The notes beneath the pieces were generated by a model. The model was not told the origin of the DNA. It was given only the letters and a program-made list of their open reading frames with translations, and did not search any database. This document shows positions 57,066 through 64,000 of a stretch of DNA of 64,000 nt, piece after piece (position 1 is the stretch's first letter; every line of letters starts with the position of its first letter). Both the position numbers and the translations under genes were made by a program. Where the stretch lies: assembly GCA_025058595.1 (NCBI GenBank), contig JANXEK010000002.1, positions 17,248 to 81,247 of the forward strand, read 5' to 3'. Origin of the DNA: Candidatus Bathyarchaeota archaeon (GTDB lineage Archaea; Thermoproteota; CALKCG01; B24; DRYS01).

Positions 57066-57909
57066 CCTTCAGATGCACCTCTCTGAAAACATTCACAGCT
57101 TCTTCAACAGTTAGAGGTATCCTCTTAAACTGGAGGCCACACCCTGCGAGTTTGAGAAACAATCTAGGTATAGATGGCGGTCTAACGCCGTAGATAGATA
57201 GATCTTTCATGAAAACCTCTCGAGGATCACCTTCTACGACTATACGTCCTCCATCCATCACTATAATCCTATCGGCTAAACTTGAGGCAAACTCGAGTTT
57301 ATGCTCTACGAGTATAACAGTTAGCTTAAGCCTACTGTTAAGCTCTTTAAGCAGGTTGAATATCGATAAGGATGTATATGGATCTAGATATGCGGTAGGT
57401 TCATCGAGGATTATCACCTGCGGCTGCATAGCTAGTATAGCCGCTATAGCGACCCTCTGCTGTTGGCCGCCAGAAAGCTCATGAGGGGCTCTAAACCTTA
57501 GATCGGGTATACCAAGCATCTCTAAAGCCCAGTTAACCCTCTTTCTAATCTCATCCTTAGGTACTCCTAGATTTTCAAGCCCGAACGCTACATCCCTTTC
57601 GACGGTTAACATGAATAGTTGACTCGACGGATTCTGGAATACCATACCGACTATGGATGCCATACGGGAGACTGGTGTCTTAGTTACATCCAACCCTGCC
57701 ACGGTGATAGAGCCTTTAAGCTCGCCTTCATAGAATTGCGGGATTAAACCGTTTAGACAGCGGCATAGGGTGGTCTTACCGCATCCACTCCTACCGGTTA
57801 CCACTACGAACTCCCCTCTACCTATATCTAGGGATACACCTCTGAGAATCCAATCATCAGATCCTCTATACCTGAACCATAGATCCTCGATGCTAACTAT
57901 ATGCAACAT
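57052..57909 (-). CDS. ecfA: ECF transporter ATPase component (second)
   Basis: Walker A GRSGCGKTT, signature LSGGQQQRV, Walker B IILDEPT. Confidence 0.85.
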   Translation of the reverse strand: MLHIVSIEDLWFRYRGSDDWILRGVSLDIGRGEFVVVTGRSGCGKTTLCRCLNGLIPQFYEGELKGSITVAGLDVTKTPVSRMASIVGMVFQNPSSQLFMLTVERDVAFGLENLGVPKDEIRKRVNWALEMLGIPDLRFRAPHELSGGQQQRVAIAAILAMQPQVIILDEPTAYLDPYTSLSIFNLLKELNSRLKLTVILVEHKLEFASSLADRIIVMDGGRIVVEGDPREVFMKDLSIYGVRPPSIPRLFLKLAGCGLQFKRIPLTVEEAVNVFREVHLKVDRS

Positions 57910-57991
57910 TGAATCCTCCGATGGTTAGCTAGATCCCTGTATACCTATCCCGATAGGGAGTGTGCACGATATAAGCTTTAGTCGGTGAAAT

Positions 57992-58345
57992 CTACGTTAA
58001 TCCTTGAATCTGCCCCTGCAGCTTACGTTGAGCTTCGATAAGCTTCTCCCTAGTTCTCTCCTCCTGTTTAGATAATACTGAGATCCTCATATCCAGTAGA
58101 TCCTTCCTCTCTTTAAGCTCGGCTATCATAACGTTACGGCTAACTTTTATGAGGAGGGGCCCTACAGCCTTATACACGATAGCCTCTTCTGATAGCTTCT
58201 CTAACTCTTCTAGAGCCTGCTCCACACCTAGAAGCTCAGCTTCCAACTGCTGCTTCTGGGCGACTACCGTTTGGAATGTTTGTTGAAGCTGCTGAATCCT
58301 TACAAGCTGTTCCTGTATAGCTGGAGGTATCTTCTCACTACTCAT
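57992..58345 (-). CDS. pfdB: prefoldin beta subunit
   Basis: 117 aa: two coiled-coil arms flanking a beta hairpin (AIVYKAVGPLLIKV). Confidence 0.85.
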   Translation of the reverse strand: MSSEKIPPAIQEQLVRIQQLQQTFQTVVAQKQQLEAELLGVEQALEELEKLSEEAIVYKAVGPLLIKVSRNVMIAELKERKDLLDMRISVLSKQEERTREKLIEAQRKLQGQIQGLT

Positions 58346-58407
58346 AACATGAAAGCAGAGATGGGTTCGAGCCTTTATAACTTTTCCGCTGAATCTAGCT
58401 AGAGAGA

Positions 58408-58419
58408 AATATTTATAGA
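58408..58419 (+). promoter_or_regulatory. candidate TATA box (aaATATTTATAGaa) for the EF-2 transcript
   Basis: An AT-rich TTTATA element about 60 nt upstream of ATG 58476. GGAGGA at 58460-58465 is the SD box. Motif-based only. Confidence 0.3.
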
Positions 58420-58475
58420 AGGATGGCTGCTTCTATAATGCCTAAGAAAACCTAGATACGGAGGATAGATGCGAT

Positions 58476-60708
58476 ATGCCTGGGAGATACAAAAGCGTAG
58501 CGGAGGTATTAAGTATAGTTAAGGATAAGGGTCAGATCCGAAAGGGGTAGACGACCGTACAGCTACCTACCCCCGGAAGATATAGGTATAATAGCCCATG
58601 TAGATCATGGTAAAACTACTATGACTGATAGCCTTCTAGCAGCAGCCGGGCTTTTATCACCTACGGTTGCAGGGAAGGCTCTAGCCTTAGATTACATGGA
58701 GGAGGAGCAGAAGAGGCAGATGACTATTAAAGCAGCTAACATAAGCCTGTACTACGAGCTTGAAGGTAAGCCTTACATCATAAACCTGATAGATACACCC
58801 GGACATATCGACTTCACAGGGAAGGTTACGAGGAGCTTGAGAGCGATAGATGGAGCTATAGTAGTCGTAGATGCAGTTGAAGGCGTTATGACGCAGACTG
58901 AAACCGTTACTAGGCAGGCACTCGAAGAAAGGGTTAGACCTCTACTCTACATAAATAAGATCGATAGATTGATAAACGAGCTTAAGTTAGAGCCGCAAGC
59001 CGTACAGGAGACCTTGATGAATATAATAAAGGATTTCAATAACCTCATCGAGATTTACGCTGAACCTGAATTCAGATCTAGCTGGAAGGTTAACCCTGCT
59101 CTGAACCAAGTCGTCTTCGGCTCCGCTAGGGATAGATGGGGGTTCACGTTGGATATAGCTATGAAGAAGGGTGTTAAATTCTCAGATATAGTAGAGGCGT
59201 ATAGAAGAGGGAAGGCTGATGAGTTAGCTAGAGATCTACCGCTTCATGAAGCTATACTGGAGATGGTTATAAGGCATATCCCGAACCCTGTAGATGCGCA
59301 GAAGATAAGGATACCTAAGATATGGAGGGGTGATCTCGACAGCCCGGTAGGTAGAGCTATGCTTTCATGCGATGATGATGGACCTATCGTTATGTGCGTC
59401 TCCAATATAACGGTTGACCCACATGCAGGCGTCGTAGCTACTGGTAGATTGTTCTCTGGAACCCTCAACGAGGGAAGCGAGGTGTATCTAGTGGGGGTTA
59501 GGAGGAGGAGCCGTGTACAGCAGGTATGTATATACATGGGTCCTAGGAGGGAGATAGTGGGAAGCCTATCTGCAGGCAACATACCGGCGTTACTAGGTTT
59601 AGATGAGGCTAGGGCTGGCGAGACTATATCTAATACGCAGGACATAGTACCCTTCGAGACTGTAAGGTATGTAACCGAGCCTGTTATAACGGTCGCTATA
59701 GAGCCTAAGTATAGTAGAGATCTACCTAAACTTGTAGATATCCTCAGAAGACTCTCCATAGAGGATCCGAACCTTGTAACGCATATAGATCAGGAGAGCG
59801 GTGAATATTTGATATCAGGTTTAGGACAGGTGCATATAGAGATAGCGTTAACGCTTATACAGAAGACGGGTATAGAGATAATCGTATCGAAACCCACCAT
59901 AATCTATAGGGAGAATATCAGAAGTGCTGTAGGCTCTTTCATGGGTAAATCGCCTAATAAGCATAATAGGGTGTTCATAAGCGTAGAGCCGCTCGAACCT
60001 GAAGTTATAGAGAAGATCATGAGCGGAGAATTGCACGACGAACTCGATAGGAGGATTAAGACGAAAATTTTGAGGGATGCAGGATGGAATGCCGACGATG
60101 CTAGGAATATTCTATCTATAGATCAACATGGATGCGTACTGGTAGATAGGACTAAGGGGGTACAGTATCTGAACGAAGCTATAGACTATATAATCTCAGG
60201 CTTCATATCGGCTATGGATGATGGACCCCTCTGCAGAGAATATGTGAGAGGCGTCAAAGTTATACTGAATCACGCAGAACTACACTCAGATCCAGCTCAT
60301 AGAGGACCGGCGCAGATAATACCGGCTGTAAGACAGGCTATATACGCAGCTATGCTCTCAGCGAACCCGACTCTACTAGAACCCATTATGCGTATAGAGG
60401 TTAAGACACCTCTAGATATGGTCGGTAACGTGATCAGGATTATAACCGGTAGACGTGGACAGGTAGTAAGCTTATCGCAGGATGCCTATCTAGCTAGGAT
60501 TATCGGCGAAATACCAGCAGCTGAAACTTTCGATCTAGCAGAGATCATGAGATCTACGACTAGCGGTAAAGCATTCTGGTCTCTAAGCTTCTCTAGATGG
60601 GCTCCAGTACCGGCATCGATGCAGAAAGCTATAATAGCGGAGATAAGGACTAGGAAGGGATTACCCCCCGAGCCGCCTAGAGCTGAAGACTTCATAGTGA
60701 AAGAGTAG
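58476..60708 (+). CDS. fusA: translation elongation factor aEF-2, interrupted by a 37-nt predicted BHB intron (exon 1 58476-58542, exon 2 58580-60708; 731 aa after splicing)
   Basis: Exon 1 encodes MPGRYKSVAEVLSIVKDKGQIR. Exon 2 encodes (N)[23 protein letters not shown]... through the diphthamide region DPAHRGPAQ to the stop at 60708. The ORF track shows only the part from internal ATG 58621, which lacks the P-loop. Confidence 0.85.
58543..58579 (+). other. predicted bulge-helix-bulge (splicing-endonuclease type) intron within the aEF-2 coding region
   Basis: Sequence AGGGGTAGACGACCGTACAGCTACCTACCCCCGGAAG. It has a central 4-bp helix 58537-58540:58574-58577, 3-nt bulges 58541-58543 and 58578-58580 on opposite strands, and a 7-bp inner helix 58544-58550:58567-58573. 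It contains an in-frame TAG (58548-58550), and its length of 37 corrects the exon frame offset. Confidence 0.6.
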
Positions 60709-60753
60709 AAAGAATTCAGGGTGTTACTCGAAGGGATATATTCTCCATACCTT

Positions 60754-61149
60754 CTATACTTCAGATCCTTCCGGCGGCGACTCTTCTCTCCTCTCACCTA
60801 ATGCCGTGTAGTAACGGAAGTATGTCTCTTTAATCCTAGACCAATCCATAACTTCTGATACTAGGATCTTTAGATGGGTTTTAAGGAGTTCTCCGGCTTT
60901 CTCGCTTCCAAACTGGCTTGCATTCCATGTAACGAATGGCGGATAGAAAACTGCTTCCTTGAATAACAGCTTGGAGTCCTTGACATCAAACTTTACGTAA
61001 CCTAGCTCTCTAAGGTAACATACATCGTTTGGACATAGTATATCGATCTCCTTCATCTCCAGCTTTAGGAGAAGAAGCTTATATTCTGATGGATGATTTA
61101 TCTCACGTCCGCAAGGACATTGCACTTTGAGGTTGGATACCTTAGCCAA
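60754..61149 (-). CDS. hypothetical protein with an N-terminal Cys-rich (zinc-ribbon-like) segment
   Basis: 131 aa. CPCG...CPNDVC spacing. No family assignment. Confidence 0.5.
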   Translation of the reverse strand: MAKVSNLKVQCPCGREINHPSEYKLLLLKLEMKEIDILCPNDVCYLRELGYVKFDVKDSKLLFKEAVFYPPFVTWNASQFGSEKAGELLKTHLKILVSEVMDWSRIKETYFRYYTALGERREESPPEGSEV

Positions 61150-61191
61150 CTAGACCCCCACCTTTAGGTATTTTCTAAATCGATGAAGGAT

Positions 61192-61686
61192 TTAAAGCTT
61201 ATATCCTATCCTTCTAAGAAGCGCCTTCCTAGACTCCCTATCCTGATCGGTTTCTATACCTTTAGATTTGAAGCCATCTACTACGCCTAGTATCGCTCTA
61301 CCCTGCTCGGTTTCGGCTACAACCACCTGCACAGGGTTAGCTGTAGCGCATAGGATCGAGCATACCTCTGGAACTCTTTTAAGCTCGTTCAGAACGTTTA
61401 TCGGGTAAGCCTTCCTGAGATACACTATGAAGCTATGACCTACACCAAGCTTCAAAGCTTGTTCAGCAACTTTACGTTTAAGATCTTCGCTATTACCTTC
61501 AACCCTCACTAAGCATGGACCTGAAGCTTCGCAGAAGCCTACCGCAAACTCTACATCTGGAGTCGAGGATTTTACTGCTTCATAGATATCCTCGACAGAT
61601 TTTATGAAATGTGTTATACCTATTATAACGTTGCAACCTTCAGGCACCTCTATACTGATAGCCTCTATCCTAACCGACATATACAT
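61192..61686 (-). CDS. adenosine-specific kinase family (PF04008-like) protein
   Basis: 164 aa. THFIKSVEDIYEAV, FCEASGPCLVR, GVGHSF, YPINVLNELKRVPEV, CATANPVQVVVAETEQGRAILGVVDG and RRIGYK match my recollection of this family. Confidence 0.7.
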   Translation of the reverse strand: MYMSVRIEAISIEVPEGCNVIIGITHFIKSVEDIYEAVKSSTPDVEFAVGFCEASGPCLVRVEGNSEDLKRKVAEQALKLGVGHSFIVYLRKAYPINVLNELKRVPEVCSILCATANPVQVVVAETEQGRAILGVVDGFKSKGIETDQDRESRKALLRRIGYKL

Positions 61687-61738
61687 CCACCTAATCTATG
61701 TAATGGTAGGGGAATCATAACTTTTGCCTCTATAACCG

Positions 61739-62434
61739 TTAATGCATACCGATCGATCTGATACCTTCAACCATCATCTTCAGGATTACACGTTTAAAGT
61801 AGAGTAGGCTTGATAGAAGGAAGACTAGACTGTATGCTAGACTTATAGGTACCATCAAGTTGAGGGGCAGTGCTGTTTCTAAGCCTAGGATGGAGTATCT
61901 TAGCAACTCTACAGGGTAGCTATATGGTGTCGATAGGGCTACGATCCGTAGCTGTGGAGGCATACTTGATAAAGGTGTGAAACCGCCTGTAACTATAGGT
62001 AGTAGCCATCCTAGCATCTCCATGATAGGCCCGCTTACATCCGCTGAGAGTATCGTACCGCCTAGCATTATAGCGTGAGCTACTAGGACCTGGAGAAACG
62101 ATAGAATGCCTATCGCTAAAAATAAAGGCGAATGGATAGATAGGATAGGGGGGAGGGAGAGGAATGAGAAGATAGCGTATACCGTTATTAGCGATAGTAG
62201 CAGCCATACGGTCGAAACAGGTATCAAACCTATGTAGATGGTAAGTATACTTCTACTAGATACTAACATATATTCGAGTACGCCTGCGACAGCTATACTC
62301 CTTAACTCTGAAGCCCAATCCCAAGTTGCTAGCGAATATGAAAGGAAAACTGTCACGCTTAAGAATATATTGGCAGATACGTATCCGATAGGTGTATCGG
62401 GTGGTTTGAATAGGATTACTGGTATCGTGAACAA
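61739..62434 (-). CDS. ABC-2 type transporter permease (the coding region very likely extends upstream to about 62539 via a non-canonical start)
   Basis: Polytopic 231-aa ORF from TTG 62434. The same frame is open to 62560 and encodes ENLIELIKTLFKLYISRELFRGRGLIVGLLGIAVWIS, equivalent to the N-terminus of the upstream paralogue. Confidence 0.7.
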   Translation of the reverse strand: MFTIPVILFKPPDTPIGYVSANIFLSVTVFLSYSLATWDWASELRSIAVAGVLEYMLVSSRSILTIYIGLIPVSTVWLLLSLITVYAIFSFLSLPPILSIHSPLFLAIGILSFLQVLVAHAIMLGGTILSADVSGPIMEMLGWLLPIVTGGFTPLSSMPPQLRIVALSTPYSYPVELLRYSILGLETALPLNLMVPISLAYSLVFLLSSLLYFKRVILKMMVEGIRSIGMH

Positions 62435-62535
62435 TGATATCCATACGGCTATACCGAGTAAACCTACGATTAATCCACGCCCTCTGAAGAGTTCCCTAGA
62501 GATATATAGTTTGAAGAGAGTTTTAATCAGCTCAA

Positions 62536-63363
62536 TCAGATTTTCACACCCTCCTTCACTTTAGTATGCTCCCAAAAATGTATACTCCTATAGCTTAGAG
62601 GCGAGTATACTATGATGAGTATCGTAGCTATACCTATGAGGGAGAGGATATTTACGAAGACAGGATCTAGCTGTGGGGCTGAGAGTAGTAGGTGGATCGC
62701 TTCTACCATATGCGATTGAGGCATAGCGTAACAAATTATCCGCCCTATAAACGGCATGAATCTTCTAGGATAATACACACCTGTGAATATTAGCAGGATG
62801 GGACGGATTACGTTTGTAATCCTCCAGATACCTCCGCCTAAACCGTATATCACGCCTATTAGGAGTAGTACCACGGGTATCGTGAAGATGGAGGCCAACA
62901 CCGTCATAAGCAGTACTATCAATGCTTCTACAAACCCTGTATACCCGTGGTAATAGGTGAAAACTGGTATTATGCTTGTAACCCCACTTAGGAATACTAG
63001 TAGAAGCCTAGGTATCGGTATCGCTAGATAATGCTTCAACCTGGAGGTGGGGGAGGATACCACGTATGCCATAGTCCCTATGAATTCATCGAGGATAGGT
63101 CTCCAGAGAATATCATCCATTACGCTTAGCATAGACATCAAGATGAAACCGTTCGTAATTAGAAATATGATAGGCGTTAAACCTACTCTCTCTTCGAAAA
63201 AGCTTTGAGAACCCATGGATGAACCTATCAAGAGTACGAATATCATCAGTGTATACGGGTAGGCTAGGATTGCGAAGAATAGAGATCTTCTCCTCAGAAT
63301 ATCTGCATACATAAACTTAGTTTCCGCTCTGAGGAGATCTAGAAAACTCATAGAATCTAGCAA
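62536..63363 (-). CDS. ABC-2 type transporter permease
   Basis: 275 aa with six predicted TM segments. Coupled to the upstream ATPase by a 7-nt overlap. Confidence 0.75.
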   Translation of the reverse strand: MLDSMSFLDLLRAETKFMYADILRRRSLFFAILAYPYTLMIFVLLIGSSMGSQSFFEERVGLTPIIFLITNGFILMSMLSVMDDILWRPILDEFIGTMAYVVSSPTSRLKHYLAIPIPRLLLVFLSGVTSIIPVFTYYHGYTGFVEALIVLLMTVLASIFTIPVVLLLIGVIYGLGGGIWRITNVIRPILLIFTGVYYPRRFMPFIGRIICYAMPQSHMVEAIHLLLSAPQLDPVFVNILSLIGIATILIIVYSPLSYRSIHFWEHTKVKEGVKI

Positions 63364-64000
63364 GCCCTCCTAGAGAAGTATAGGAAGACATCTTCTAGAG
63401 ACGGTTCTTCTATCTTAAATGAGATTATACGATAGCCTCTAACTGTAAGGAGGGGTAGTATGGAGTTTAATGCTTCGATCGGATCATTAGTCTTGATATC
63501 TAGTTCGAATAGATCTGTATCGACGCGATTAACGCGATGCTCCAAACTTCGATCGGATAGGATCGGGGACGGATCATCCCCTTTCACCGTGATCTTTAAG
63601 CTTCTAAGTTTAGGTATACGATCCTTAAGATCGGATGGGGATCCTTCTGCTACGATTAAACCTCGGTCTATGAATAGTATACGATCGCATACCATCTCTG
63701 CTTCGAACATATTATGCGTAGTATAGAGTATAGCTTTGCCCTCCTTAGCTAAATCTCTCACTAAGCTACGTATCTTCACAGCACTCGGGGGATCCAAACC
63801 TAACGTAGGTTCATCGAGTAAGAGTATCGGTGGATCCTTAAGGAGAGCTCTAGCAAGACCTAGACGAGCTTTCATACCTAGACTGAATTCTTCGAAAAGT
63901 CTGTCGACCCCACCAAGCCTATCGAGCTCGAGAAGTTTGAATAGGTAATCTAGCCTAGCTTCTAGATCCCTACGGTTCATGTCGTAGAGCACTCCAAAAT
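63357..64000 (-). CDS. ABC transporter ATP-binding protein, C-terminal part (N-terminus lies beyond the window end)
   Basis: Signature-like FSLGMKARL, Walker B ILLLDEPTLGLD, H-loop TTHNM. The frame stays open to position 64000. Confidence 0.85.
   Translation of the reverse strand, partial: FGVLYDMNRRDLEARLDYLFKLLELDRLGGVDRLFEEFSLGMKARLGLARALLKDPPILLLDEPTLGLDPPSAVKIRSLVRDLAKEGKAILYTTHNMFEAEMVCDRILFIDRGLIVAEGSPSDLKDRIPKLRSLKITVKGDDPSPILSDRSLEHRVNRVDTDLFELDIKTNDPIEALNSILPLLTVRGYRIISFKIEEPSLEDVFLYFSRRAC

Noticed and set aside
58476-58700. Reading the broken EF-2 5' end as a frameshifted/nonsense pseudogene, or as programmed frameshifting or Pyl decoding of the TAG.
   Set aside because: The remaining 709 codons are intact and highly conserved, and EF-2 is essential. 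The interrupting segment is exactly a helix-bulge-helix-bulge unit whose canonical cut sites restore both the frame and the invariant Asn codon. TAG decoding alone would not fix the frame offset, and nothing here suggests Pyl machinery. The pseudogene explanation still has to be excluded experimentally.
1-64000. CRISPR arrays, rRNA genes, IS elements or integrases.
   Set aside because: I saw no regularly spaced direct repeats, no rRNA-like conserved stretches, and no transposase (DDE) or integrase (tyrosine/serine recombinase) motifs in any listed ORF.

Overview
This window is a densely coding archaeal chromosome segment. Gene content and order suggest an anaerobic, probably thermophilic member of the Thermoproteota/Crenarchaeota: a short helicase-less XPF, contiguous gins and mcm, class I LysRS, aEF-2, ribosomal protein S17e, ArcTGT, two tungsten-type aldehyde:ferredoxin oxidoreductases, a class III ribonucleotide reductase and EndoQ. 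I support about 60 protein genes, 2 intron-less tRNAs (Lys-CUU, Ala-UGC) and several decayed gene remnants. I found no rRNA, CRISPR array, transposase or integrase.

The main result is that the essential aEF-2 gene is split. Its N-terminal 22 codons and the P-loop plus remainder lie in different frames, separated by 37 nt containing a stop. Those 37 nt fold into a bulge-helix-bulge (BHB) motif. Cutting it at the canonical bulge positions restores ...[17 protein letters not shown]... and a 731-aa EF-2. This predicts an endonuclease-spliced intron in a protein-coding mRNA.

Secondary observations:
- The swivel subunit of the AcnX-type phosphomevalonate dehydratase is encoded in frame directly after the TGA of the large subunit, with no canonical start.
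- Two further genes (S17e and an ABC-2 permease) have conserved N-termini reachable only from ATA or CTG/ATT codons, 7 nt after an identical GGAGGGTG Shine-Dalgarno (SD) box.
- A membrane-anchored protein carries 24 uninterrupted Y-x-x-L-x-x-x heptads.
- A fused MNT-HEPN protein sits next to tRNA-Ala.
- A DRG-family GTPase has degenerate G1, G3 and G4 motifs.
- A class I LysRS homologue has lost both lysines of the KMSKS loop.

All functional calls come from my own reading of translated motifs. No database search was run.
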